A DNA stretch of 64,000 nucleotides from the IMG/VR virus record IMGVR_UViG_3300050821_005389, positions 53,044-117,043 of that record; one strand, given 5' to 3'. How positions within the stretch are numbered: the stretch's first letter is position 1; each line of letters starts with the position of its first letter. The translations under genes were made by a program, and so were the position numbers. Source of the DNA: a virus. The notes below the pieces were generated by a model. It was not told where the DNA came from and searched no databases. It saw nothing but the letters and a program-made list of their open reading frames with translations. This document shows, piece after piece, positions 48,939 through 57,576 of the stretch.

Positions 48939-49891
48939 TGTACCTCCTTCGGCAAATCAAATCCAAGCCCAGCTTTTTGTACCGCTTCTTTTCTCAGATC
49001 AATATTTTGAGCGAGTTTACTGTAACGGTCCGTTATACTGGAATTTGACGAATGACCGGCCCAGAACTTAATCAGATCCTCTTGGATCAGTTGGCTCCGT
49101 AAGTGTGTGATTCTAAAGCGCCTAAAGGAATGGTACCCCGGCAAATTTATCTTTTTACTCCACCCGTAGACAGTCGGAAGCGATAGGGGTCGCCCGTTTT
49201 TAGATTGAAACAAATACTCTCCGTCTTTTCTCTTTTCTGAAGAAACAAAATTAAGTAAATAGTAATTAGCAGACTCGCAAAGATCGATCTGCCTGATTCC
49301 GGCGTCGGTTTTCGGACTTTGTTCCAATCCTTTGTAAATCTGGGCCTTCACCGAAATGACAGCCTTGTCAGGATCCCACAGTGTAGGACCGGGCTTCGAA
49401 TCATCAAGAACTACTGCGCCCCGCTTCACCGACAACGCCTCACTGATCCGCAGTCCTGAAGCTCCTAATAGTACGCACAACGTCCTAAACTGCCCGCTAG
49501 TGCGTGCCAGTGCGGCTTCTAAAGCCTCTCGTGATAGGATTGGGCCTTCCTGGTCTCGAGGGTTGACAGGTGGACTGTCTATGAAAGAATTGTTCCACTG
49601 GACGGGGTGCAAGTAGTCGCCATTTTCGTTCACGGCCGATTTTATAACACCCTTGACACAATTGACCACGCCTGCGATCGACGCAGGCGACAATTGCTTC
49701 GCCGCAAGCTTTTCCACGAACTTCTTCATGGCGCCGTTCTTGATCTCTGACAAATCCATTTGACCTAGATGCGGAATAATATGGTTCTTCAGATAACTCC
49801 GGTAGGCTTGCAAGGTATTACCCGTGGCCGGATCGCGTTTTCTATTCTCTAGGTTCGCGATGTAAATTTCGGATTGTTGTTCGATGTTCAT
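48935..49891 (-). CDS. Tyrosine recombinase/integrase with no apparent arm-binding domain
   Basis: Core-binding domain (T...Y....HI.P.LG...L..I); catalytic set G.R..E, PKT, HSFR, GH, D.Y intact. Confidence 0.9.
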   Translation of the reverse strand: MNIEQQSEIYIANLENRKRDPATGNTLQAYRSYLKNHIIPHLGQMDLSEIKNGAMKKFVEKLAAKQLSPASIAGVVNCVKGVIKSAVNENGDYLHPVQWNNSFIDSPPVNPRDQEGPILSREALEAALARTSGQFRTLCVLLGASGLRISEALSVKRGAVVLDDSKPGPTLWDPDKAVISVKAQIYKGLEQSPKTDAGIRQIDLCESANYYLLNFVSSEKRKDGEYLFQSKNGRPLSLPTVYGWSKKINLPGYHSFRRFRITHLRSQLIQEDLIKFWAGHSSNSSITDRYSKLAQNIDLRKEAVQKAGLGFDLPKEVQ

Positions 49892-49893
49892 TT

Positions 49894-50646
49894 TTACTTG
49901 ATTTTATCGTTTGAGTTATAACCATCATGAATCCAATTTTGCCAATGAGGCAATAGATCGTGTTGGTTTGTCGTTCCTAAGCCGGCACAATCAAAACCCG
50001 CGCATTCCGCAATTGGCTCCATGCACCAAGCTACAGATGTGTCTTCGCCGGTTTTTGATTCTTCAACTTTCCAGCCTTTTGGGCAAACCCAATGCTTAGG
50101 TGTTATTACACAACCCAAACTTGATTTTCCGTATTCATCCGCCCCACATTCCGGACCAAGTTTTTCATAACCTTTATTTCTAACTAGTTTTGGTTCCGGA
50201 CGAGATACCTCTATATTAACTTTAGCTGATGGCGGTTCGTGCCAAAAACTAGTCTCTTTACCAATCCTATCGAACTGATCTGTTTTAGGTGGGGGAACAA
50301 ATCTTTCCTTACAACCGCTTATACAGCGAACATACGGACTTACAGAAGCAACACACGACGATAAGGTTGGATACCAATACGTTTCATCCAGTGTCCAATA
50401 TTGATATCCGTCCTTAGATACCTGAACCTCACATCGATGAACTTCACACGCGGTATGATCGTCCGCGCATCCAAAAGCTCGCGGTTCGCTTACCCAATTC
50501 GGGCCGTCATAGTAATTCGCATCATCGTCTATTTTCTCCGGACTTAAACTAGTAACACTAAGCCAAGAGCATGGAATAAACTCCCCGTGTTTTACACACT
50601 TTTGAACCGGAGATAAAAGAATCGCGAAAACAATCAGACTCCACAT
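49894..50646 (-). CDS. Secreted Cys-rich protein
   Basis: Hydrophobic N-terminus; HW.CPKGW.VE...AWCM module shared with 56849..57556. Confidence 0.6.
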   Translation of the reverse strand: MWSLIVFAILLSPVQKCVKHGEFIPCSWLSVTSLSPEKIDDDANYYDGPNWVSEPRAFGCADDHTACEVHRCEVQVSKDGYQYWTLDETYWYPTLSSCVASVSPYVRCISGCKERFVPPPKTDQFDRIGKETSFWHEPPSAKVNIEVSRPEPKLVRNKGYEKLGPECGADEYGKSSLGCVITPKHWVCPKGWKVEESKTGEDTSVAWCMEPIAECAGFDCAGLGTTNQHDLLPHWQNWIHDGYNSNDKIK

Positions 50647-50691
50647 ATCGGCTCCTTTGTTTTCTATGGCTAACAGATAATTCTAGATTGA

Positions 50692-51051
50692 TTACGTCAC
50701 AGATGCGTATTCTGGTTCTTGAACGTTTTCCGGCAAGAACGTTTCTTCGGCTGGCTCGACAGATCGAACATAATCTATTAACTCATCAAGTGATTGCTCT
50801 CCTTTTGCCACCCGATGAGCCATCTCGCTTATTATCGTTATAGGTTTTGCAGTCCAATCATCTGTACCGTTCAACCAAGGCCAGTGTACAAAAATTTGAT
50901 CTAAACGTTCGATCTTGACTTCACCTATAGCCGCTAATCCCATTCCTATTGCGCAACCAACACATTCGCCTTTATCGTTCGGCCACAGAAACTTGGTAGA
51001 ATCAAACTTAACCAATGTTCTCCCGAGCCCGATCGCATCCGAAAGCCGCAT
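50692..51051 (-). CDS. Hypothetical protein
   Basis: AAGGAG RBS. Confidence 0.6.
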   Translation of the reverse strand: MRLSDAIGLGRTLVKFDSTKFLWPNDKGECVGCAIGMGLAAIGEVKIERLDQIFVHWPWLNGTDDWTAKPITIISEMAHRVAKGEQSLDELIDYVRSVEPAEETFLPENVQEPEYASVT

Positions 51052-51082
51052 TTTTATCTCCTTTGCTGTCTATAGCTACTAT

Positions 51083-51379
51083 TTAAGTTCTACTTGTTTC
51101 TCTTACAGGTAAATTAAAAGAAAAAGGTTTTACCGGACGATCACAACACAAATCCTCAATGAATTTAATGACTTTCTTGGGAAGGCGTTTCGGATTTTTA
51201 GCTCGCGTAACAGGCATGAGCGGTCCAGTAGTTGTATAACAACTGGAATAAATGTAGTCAAAAACAAACCCGGCTCTTTTACAAGCTAGGGCTATCGGAC
51301 ACCTTCGACCGTCGACTACATTTCGTTTACCCAACTCTATGTCACTTTTTGTTACCGTTATCTTCATTATCTCCTCCAA
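51083..51379 (-). CDS. Hypothetical protein, paralogue of 60084..60326
   Basis: KI.VT..DI..G...CP..LA..R...FI......VKPFSF. Confidence 0.65.
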   Translation of the reverse strand: MEEIMKITVTKSDIELGKRNVVDGRRCPIALACKRAGFVFDYIYSSCYTTTGPLMPVTRAKNPKRLPKKVIKFIEDLCCDRPVKPFSFNLPVRETSRT

Positions 51380-51388
51380 CGAAATTAA

Positions 51389-51417
51389 ATCCTAGTTGAT
51401 AATGTCACTAATGTCAA
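51389..51417 (-). promoter_or_regulatory. Sigma70-type promoter overlapped by a junction site
   Basis: TTGACA-17-TAGGAT; also a TGACATTA direct repeat. Confidence 0.6.
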
Positions 51418-52238
51418 GGTTTTTTTACAATAGCTTGAGTTTTATCATCTTTTTTCACGCTGAGGTCCCAAGGATTAGTAAAAATGCTTGTTCCGTACAT
51501 CATCATATCTTTATACGCTATCATATCTTTATACGCCTGTATTTGTTTTTGTTGCATAACTAACATCCACTGTTGCTGTTGCTGCAATCGCGCCACTCCC
51601 ATTGAGTAGCTTGAATACATCGCCATGTACGGATCATTAACCTCGGCCAACTTTAATCTATCTTTTTTCAATTCTTCTCGCAAACAAACCGACACCCCGT
51701 AGTTTTCTTCTATCTGCATCGCAGCCAATGGATCAAAATCATCCCCTACGTAGAACTCTTTAGGATAAGCGAACTCTGAAAGATACCCTATTGCGTGTTC
51801 TTTAACTTCTCCCCACATATAAACGGCACCGGCCACCCCACACCTATCTGGTTTTGCTTGTCCCGTTGGATTGAACGCAGAAGGCGCACTAGAACACCCT
51901 AAACAATACTCTTTCAACAACGGAATTACAGTTTTATATTCTTTTACGGCGTGAATGCCTTTGTTATCATAAATATCTCGAGTTAGCATTTTTCTATGCG
52001 GCCATTTTACTTCAGATTTGTAGGCGGATCGGAGATAACCGTCGTCGTAAACCCACACACGATACCCCACTATCAATTCAGCCAAAATTTCCGGAGGTTG
52101 TTTAGACAACTCTTCTAGGGCTGCCTTTTTGCCGGCCTCAAAAGCCGTCGAGCGGATAAATTCAATTTCCCGCTTCTGATCCCAATATATAGGATGTGTG
52201 GGATCGAACTCATAACTGGGATAGTAAGGATTCGCCAT
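51414..52238 (-). CDS. Conserved protein, possible ADP-ribosyltransferase-like fold
   Basis: GYRVW, GIHA, G.V..WG.V.EH..GY.SE; poly-Q, Met-rich tail. Confidence 0.5.
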   Translation of the reverse strand: MANPYYPSYEFDPTHPIYWDQKREIEFIRSTAFEAGKKAALEELSKQPPEILAELIVGYRVWVYDDGYLRSAYKSEVKWPHRKMLTRDIYDNKGIHAVKEYKTVIPLLKEYCLGCSSAPSAFNPTGQAKPDRCGVAGAVYMWGEVKEHAIGYLSEFAYPKEFYVGDDFDPLAAMQIEENYGVSVCLREELKKDRLKLAEVNDPYMAMYSSYSMGVARLQQQQQWMLVMQQKQIQAYKDMIAYKDMMMYGTSIFTNPWDLSVKKDDKTQAIVKKP

Positions 52239-52364
52239 TTATACCTTCTCTGGCTGCTCAACCGGAGTTTCACGATGATCCGGCTGCCGCTCAGTCTCTC
52301 TTTGCGGCACAGGTATAGTTTGTGGCTTCACGATCGTAGTTCGTTTATACTCTCCGATGTCCAT
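52239..52364 (-). CDS. 41-aa Pro/Glu-rich peptide (not in ORF track)
   Basis: AAAGGAG RBS; MDIGEYKRTTIVKPQTIPVPQRETERQPDHRETPVEQPEKV; TAA directly abuts the next ATG. Confidence 0.65.
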   Translation of the reverse strand: MDIGEYKRTTIVKPQTIPVPQRETERQPDHRETPVEQPEKV

Positions 52365-52413
52365 TTTTATCTCCTTTGAATTGTAGTGTTGCTAAATACC
52401 ATACGCTTGATGA

Positions 52414-52637
52414 TGTGCTCCCATGGATTTCCGCATTCACCACGGAGATCGCTAAGTCCAAATCCTTGCGATGTTGCTGTTGGACCTGAAGTAGTAGCGT
52501 AGGTTGCCCATTCTACCGTCCTCAGTAAGTCAGCAACGCGTCTACTTTTGGCTACCTTTCCGAATCCGCTCCGTGCCAATGTTGGGCACTTCTTGGACTA
52601 GGTTTTAGAGTAACCACGTCTTTTCCGCCAGAGCACA
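52414..52637 (-). ncRNA. 224-nt multi-stem structured RNA candidate
   Basis: Closing stem TGTGCTCT/GGAGCACA; nested stems AGTCCAA/TTGGACT, GAAGT/ACTTC, GTGCC/GGCAC, GTTGC/GCAAC, CCGTGG/CCATGG; G-U pairs favour the - strand. Confidence 0.55.
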
Positions 52638-52674
52638 AACCCTTTACTTTCTATACCTAAGATTTAGCTGTATC

Positions 52675-53131
52675 TTAATTATGTTTTACAAACTCAATTA
52701 ATGGGCATACGCGATCGTGGCCGGCTTTTACACGGCTTTTTAGCACCTGCCTAAACGACACAACAATATCGCTCGTTTTGGCTTTATCTTCCCAAAACCA
52801 GCAAATTACGCCTAGAATACAAACCCACAAACATATGCCGCATAATCTCCACGGCGTGTAACAGAGCGAGCAAACCCCTCGTGCCCGCAAGCCTATAGAT
52901 CAAACCCACAAAAGAGACTAGCAAAACAGGAATCGTCGCCCAAATACGAGGCGGCGAAAATAAAAATCTAGCCGGCGCCCATAATAAAACAGCGCGTACA
53001 TAAGGACACAAATTATACGGACGATCCGAGCCATACCACTCGTCAAAAGAAAAACCTTTCTTCTTTTTAAACCATCCGTTGAAGACTCGAAAATGCCAAG
53101 TATCTCGTGAAATTTTCATGTATCCTCGCAT
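52675..53131 (-). pseudogene. Membrane protein split by a +1 frameshift near 52850
   Basis: The two overlapping ORFs join into one continuous TM protein ending VCPLIEF; bounded by two junction sites. Confidence 0.5.
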
Positions 53132-53141
53132 AATTAAGCAG

Positions 53142-53519
53142 CTATTGTTTTTGATTCCTGTTCTCTTCGATCAACTCGTCAATCTTTTTCGCCATGAATA
53201 TAGCACCACTTTGTCCGCGTTGGTTAGTGTGTATCTGAAACAAATTGTAAGCTTGATCTTGAGTTAACCCCAATAGTTTACGAGCCGTATTGTGCCAAAA
53301 ATTCATCGAATAATGAGTATTCGCACGATCAATGTATTTCTCCCGTTTCTTGTTATTTGTAAGACCTTTCCCTAATATTACCGCCCAACCAGCAATACAA
53401 GCTTGTGTTCCGCACGGAGCTTCCTCTTCATCAACGTTCACAGCCCAATTATTCATTTCCAAACGTCGTGGTTCAGCTAAAATGTGCTTTTTTACTTTTC
53501 GAAGCAAAGGAACGTTCAT
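53142..53519 (-). CDS. Conserved phage protein
   Basis: M..W...CGT.ACIAGWA...A..LLGL......LF. Confidence 0.65.
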   Translation of the reverse strand: MNVPLLRKVKKHILAEPRRLEMNNWAVNVDEEEAPCGTQACIAGWAVILGKGLTNNKKREKYIDRANTHYSMNFWHNTARKLLGLTQDQAYNLFQIHTNQRGQSGAIFMAKKIDELIEENRNQKQ

Positions 53520-53556
53520 TTTTTTTTATATCCTTTAGACTCAATTGCTGATGCAT

Positions 53557-53586
53557 AAGGTAGCATTGATTGTGTTTTTGTGTCAA
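53557..53586 (-). promoter_or_regulatory. Sigma70-type promoter with extended -10
   Basis: TTGACA-18-TACCTT preceded by TG. Confidence 0.55.
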
Positions 53587-54659
53587 GACTCTTTTTCAAC
53601 TTTCAAATAACTTTCTATAAACGCTTGCGCGACCGGCGCACACAACGCGTTACCATAGCCCCGCAAGAGTCCCACACGATTGGCAATCCCTGTAGCCAGC
53701 GGGAATGTGCCGGGTTCAACTGGCCTTGCTTTGCCGTCGATGCAGGGGATCCAGTCTGCTTCACGCCAGAACCCGCCAGTGGGGCGCCACAAAGAGCCGC
53801 CGTCTTTCGGCTGCTGTCCGTCGATCCCGCTTCGTTGTAGCCCTTCTGGGCCGGCGTACCCGCCATTGGGCTCGGCCAACCTCTCAGTTGACCTTCGTTC
53901 GACAATCTCGGTTTCGTTTTGTCGTGGTTGTCGTATTGATATGTCCGCCCCTTTGCATCTCCGGCGTTCGGGCTCTGCCAACCCGCCATTGGCCCTTCGT
54001 GGCTTCCGTGAGCGTCCGGAAACCCCCACTCTGCTTGTTCGTAATTGTGTACGCTCGGCGTAGGCCAACTCGTCAATGTTACCGCTCCCTCGAGATCCAT
54101 CCCGCCCGTGTGTGTTATTGTACTTTTCTTGTTTGGCCCACCGCTTGGCGTATTTGGAGTCGGCCACGAAGTACAATCTTTGTCGGATGTGCGGAGCACC
54201 GAGGCCCGCAGCGCACAAATCCGTCGCCCCAACGGTGTAACCCGATCCTTCCAAGTCAGTCGAAACAAGATCGAACCAAGCGAGTCCGTCTTTTGCTGCA
54301 ACTTGTTCGCCAAACACTGTGTCAGGTTTTGACTCGCTAATGAGCCTATACCAGACGGGCCAGAGGTGGCGGTCGTCTTTGAACCCGCCTTTCTTACCCG
54401 CCGCCGAGAACGGTTGGCAGGGACAACTACCCGTCCAGACCATTCTGGAATCGGGCCATCCTGCTTGTCTGAGAGCATAACTCCAGACCCCGATACCAGC
54501 GAAGAAATGACACTGTTGAAATCCCTTAAGGTCTCGTCCAGAAATTTCTTTGATACTTCTTTCATCCACATCTCCATCGGCGATTTGACCCGCCTTTATC
54601 AATTCGCGAAGCCAAGCAGCCGCGAAGGGATCGTTTTCGTTGTAGTAAGTTTTTGACAT
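53583..54659 (-). CDS. DNA (cytosine-5) methyltransferase, main polypeptide
   Basis: FFAGIG (I), GSCPCQPFS (IV), GEQV (VI), PH.RQR (VIII), GYGNA (X); no motif IX in this frame. Confidence 0.9.
   Translation of the reverse strand: MSKTYYNENDPFAAAWLRELIKAGQIADGDVDERSIKEISGRDLKGFQQCHFFAGIGVWSYALRQAGWPDSRMVWTGSCPCQPFSAAGKKGGFKDDRHLWPVWYRLISESKPDTVFGEQVAAKDGLAWFDLVSTDLEGSGYTVGATDLCAAGLGAPHIRQRLYFVADSKYAKRWAKQEKYNNTHGRDGSRGSGNIDELAYAERTQLRTSRVGVSGRSRKPRRANGGLAEPERRRCKGADISIRQPRQNETEIVERRSTERLAEPNGGYAGPEGLQRSGIDGQQPKDGGSLWRPTGGFWREADWIPCIDGKARPVEPGTFPLATGIANRVGLLRGYGNALCAPVAQAFIESYLKVEKES
53615..54577 (-). CDS. Nested alternative-frame polypeptide carrying C5-MTase motif IX
   Basis: 320 open codons inside the MTase gene; four W(P/Q)(T/S)P repeats; QLNPAHSRWLQGLP; true start may be internal. 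Confidence 0.65.
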   Translation of the reverse strand: MEMWMKEVSKKFLDETLRDFNSVISSLVSGSGVMLSDKQDGPIPEWSGRVVVPANRSRRRVRKAGSKTTATSGPSGIGSLASQNLTQCLANKLQQKTDSLGSILFRLTWKDRVTPLGRRICALRASVLRTSDKDCTSWPTPNTPSGGPNKKSTITHTGGMDLEGAVTLTSWPTPSVHNYEQAEWGFPDAHGSHEGPMAGWQSPNAGDAKGRTYQYDNHDKTKPRLSNEGQLRGWPSPMAGTPAQKGYNEAGSTDSSRKTAALCGAPLAGSGVKQTGSPASTAKQGQLNPAHSRWLQGLPIVWDSCGAMVTRCVRRSRKRL

Positions 54660-54661
54660 AA

Positions 54662-54928
54662 TTAAGAGTATATTGTATCTCTAATAGATTGACAGCCAAC
54701 GTCTTCACTTTTTACTGGATCACCGTCTACTACTATATCAAAATCCGTCGGAACCCATCGGTCATCGTCGTTTTCAAATTTTATTTTAAAAGATGCGTAA
54801 TGGCTAACGTCAGACTTGCTTGTAAGCAGTAAACTTTTAGTCACATCAGAAATCAACCACGCCGCTTCCTCTTTAGATAGGCTCAGTATCAATTGGTTGC
54901 CGTGCGCGTTGTGAAATTCAATCTTCAT
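54662..54928 (-). CDS. Hypothetical protein
   Basis: GGAG RBS before MKIEFH. Confidence 0.5.
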   Translation of the reverse strand: MKIEFHNAHGNQLILSLSKEEAAWLISDVTKSLLLTSKSDVSHYASFKIKFENDDDRWVPTDFDIVVDGDPVKSEDVGCQSIRDTIYS

Positions 54929-54995
54929 AACTTCTCCGATAATATTTTTACATCGTCTCGACGATACCACCTATACCGAGCTTTTGTTAAAATAG

Positions 54996-55331
54996 TTACT
55001 GCCTCGGCATGAGTAAACGCCACGCCAGATGGCCTATCTTATTTAAAGAAGCTCGTCGGATATACTCATCGTACGGTTCGTCCTTCTTTTTAGTTACGCT
55101 CAAAACAGCTTCTAGAATTTCAGGCCCGAAATGTGCCCGGATTCCGCTCGCAGTAAAATCAGTATCTTCTAACGTGTCATGTAAAAAACCAACGATTTGA
55201 GTGGTCTCCGTTAAACCCATAGCTCCTACACGTAATGGATGCAGGATATAAGGCTGACCCGCGCGATCCTTTTGGCCAGCATGGTACTCGGTAGCTATGA
55301 CTATCGCTAACTCAACATCGACTTGACTCAT
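54996..55331 (-). pseudogene. C-terminally truncated (p)ppGpp-hydrolase-like HD protein
   Basis: A...H.GQ.D..G.PYI.HP..V, LHD..EDT, V..VT; the K.AD..HN segment is absent. Confidence 0.65.
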
Positions 55332-55354
55332 AAAACCTCACAATTACGGGTACA

Positions 55355-55549
55355 TTACTTACGTAACGCCCACTCCAACGCCAAAATAAAAAGTGAAGCC
55401 GCGATCGACCCCCTAGTAAAACCATTTACGATAGTTTTCCAAACGGTGGCCTCACTCTTAGTCTCATATTTACCGAAAATCAATAACATACCGACATTCA
55501 AAGCCAACCAAAAGATTAACCAGCGGCACTCATGAAGAAACTGCGTCAT
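55355..55549 (-). CDS. Small two-TM membrane protein
   Basis: AAGGAG RBS, two hydrophobic segments, bounded by junction sites. Confidence 0.55.
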   Translation of the reverse strand: MTQFLHECRWLIFWLALNVGMLLIFGKYETKSEATVWKTIVNGFTRGSIAASLFILALEWALRK

Positions 55550-55577
55550 ATCGTCTCCTTACAGAATTAGTGATACG

Positions 55578-55772
55578 TTAATTACTTTTTTCTTCCCAAT
55601 AGTAAGTATCTCTAAGATCGTCCATCGACTCACCCAACGCATCGCATTGATTAGAGGCATAAATAAATCCGTAGCTAACCCAATTCCTGAGCGCCTGCCA
55701 GAAGCGCATGTCTGGATTCGCATAACAATACTCAACAAACGATTTCAATACTTCCGAGTTTCTCGTTGTCAT
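55578..55772 (-). CDS. Hypothetical protein
   Basis: P..RF.Q motif; GAGG RBS; bounded by junction sites. Confidence 0.55.
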   Translation of the reverse strand: MTTRNSEVLKSFVEYCYANPDMRFWQALRNWVSYGFIYASNQCDALGESMDDLRDTYYWEEKSN

Positions 55773-55821
55773 CAATCCTCACAATTAATACGCACTTGAT
55801 TACCAAAATCTTACATCGAAA

Positions 55822-56385
55822 CTACTGCAAACTAAAACTCTGCTTCAAACTTCCTTTTGGAATGTGAAAATCCATCCGAAGTCTATCGTCTGGATATGTA
55901 AACCAGTTCATCCATTCGTTTTTCAAGTGAATATCGAACTGTTGAACCTCTCCCCCTTCGCGCTCTTCCTCAAATATCGAAGTGTCTGAATTAGCTTTCC
56001 ATTGATGTGGCTGGAAGGATCCGTCATTCTTCAAGGTATAGTAGTGATAAACTTGCACGGAGTCTATGCGGCCCGCGATCATAAAAACTCCTCCCGCGAT
56101 TTCTCCGTGGACTCCATCAGCGTTTCGCATGCTAACCATTTTCCCCGTCCAATGGAGATGCCAAACCTTCACCGTGTGATCTTGGATAACGGATGAAACT
56201 CCAAAAGCCGCTCCGACCATAAGCATCTCGCACACAATTAAAACAAGACAAGCCATCACCACTGGCATTATCATATCGAAATACTTGTCACTTCCACCGC
56301 TCCACCACGGCCAATTTCTCTTCGCAACATAAAGAGCTAGCAGGATCGGTATCGATATAAATAACGGAAACCAAATGGGTTTCAT
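55822..56385 (-). CDS. Membrane protein
   Basis: Two N-terminal TM helices, G.I....Y.YY, IPKGS; AAGGAG RBS. Confidence 0.65.
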   Translation of the reverse strand: MKPIWFPLFISIPILLALYVAKRNWPWWSGGSDKYFDMIMPVVMACLVLIVCEMLMVGAAFGVSSVIQDHTVKVWHLHWTGKMVSMRNADGVHGEIAGGVFMIAGRIDSVQVYHYYTLKNDGSFQPHQWKANSDTSIFEEEREGGEVQQFDIHLKNEWMNWFTYPDDRLRMDFHIPKGSLKQSFSLQ

Positions 56386-56427
56386 ATTTCTCCTTCGATT
56401 ATAAAAGCCTACATAAACAATAAAGGA

Positions 56428-56847
56428 TTATTTATCTTCTTTTTGACACTCTTTCCATTCGGGTTTAGGATAAACTTGCACACTATCAATCCATTCCTGC
56501 TCGCAAGTGCCGCGCATATATTCTTCCTTTGTGATCTCTACCCATTTACCGTTTTTTCGAACCTGCCATTTTTCAGATTGCACACACTTACCGTTCTTCC
56601 AATCTGAGTTTCGTTCGTGAATATAATCACCACCAAATTCCGCTTCGCCCATCTCGCCGCACCACATCTTATCGAACCATTCGTCGGCTTTCTTCTTTTC
56701 TTTTGGCGTGTAGCATCCTGGCGTATAAACCGCGTCGCTAGTCGCTATCCCGCCTGCATACACATAACCCTCGGGACACTTGCCGTCTACCCGCTTAGGG
56801 CCGTGCCACGAAAAAGCTTGTAAAAGTAATATCGCTTCTAAGAGCAT
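56428..56847 (-). CDS. Secreted Cys-rich protein
   Basis: MLLEAILLLQ leader, CPEGY motif. Confidence 0.55.
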   Translation of the reverse strand: MLLEAILLLQAFSWHGPKRVDGKCPEGYVYAGGIATSDAVYTPGCYTPKEKKKADEWFDKMWCGEMGEAEFGGDYIHERNSDWKNGKCVQSEKWQVRKNGKWVEITKEEYMRGTCEQEWIDSVQVYPKPEWKECQKEDK

Positions 56848-56848
56848 T

Positions 56849-57556
56849 TTAGTCTCCACAAAGAAAAGGTCCAGGCATGTCCATATGACAAAAATTGCCG
56901 GCCTTACGACACTCATCCAGCCACTTTACGGTATACGCCTGCGCCGCTAGTTGCTCTGCGCAATATCGCCATGTCTTATTCTTAGGCTCAACTGTACCGC
57001 GTTCAATCCAATCTCTCAAATATTTGAAATCTGGATCGTTCAGGCTTGATCCCCTACTCACTCCGCCATTATCATCTACCGTTTCATAGGACTTCATACA
57101 CCACGCTCGGCCGTCTCCAAATTGAATAGATTCATCGTATATTTCTGTCTCAACTACCCAGCCTTTCGGACACATCCAATGGCCGGGATCGTTATATGTA
57201 CTTGGATGCCAATGGGCTTCAGGACGAGCTAAAATTATTACCGACGTAGGATCTTTAGAAACCGGACAATTATTCTTTACCCAATCTAAAGCATCACTTA
57301 GAGCGGCATCCTCCGTATTGTATCTGCGTGGAGTAGTTGACATCCAATCGTCACCGGGATAGAAAAACCACATCGTTTTGCCCGTGTTTGTTTGAACATT
57401 ACCGAAAACTCTGTTGTTTTCGTCGCACACCACTCCAAAATCGTCTTCAGATATTTGAATTATGTGGGCGCCGAGGACAGCAACAGGAACCATTTTCTGT
57501 TTATCTTTTTGCGTGACTTGGAGTTGCATCAAAATCAACAACACTGCTGTTAGCAT
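56849..57556 (-). CDS. Secreted Cys-rich protein
   Basis: AGGAGG RBS, MLTAVLLILMQ leader, HWMCPKGWVVE...AWCM. Confidence 0.6.
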   Translation of the reverse strand: MLTAVLLILMQLQVTQKDKQKMVPVAVLGAHIIQISEDDFGVVCDENNRVFGNVQTNTGKTMWFFYPGDDWMSTTPRRYNTEDAALSDALDWVKNNCPVSKDPTSVIILARPEAHWHPSTYNDPGHWMCPKGWVVETEIYDESIQFGDGRAWCMKSYETVDDNGGVSRGSSLNDPDFKYLRDWIERGTVEPKNKTWRYCAEQLAAQAYTVKWLDECRKAGNFCHMDMPGPFLCGD

Positions 57557-57576
57557 TTGATCCTCCTAAATGAATC

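Noticed and set aside
51502-51536. 17-bp tandem duplication
   Set aside because: In-frame slippage (AYKDMI/AYKDMM) in a low-complexity tail
52602-52612. GTTTTAGAG, the start of a Cas9-type CRISPR repeat
   Set aside because: Isolated 9-mer; no repeat-spacer periodicity and no cas genes
53580-54656. Long + strand ORFs over the C5 methyltransferase
   Set aside because: Antisense shadows of a GC-rich dual-coding region; no RBS or motifs
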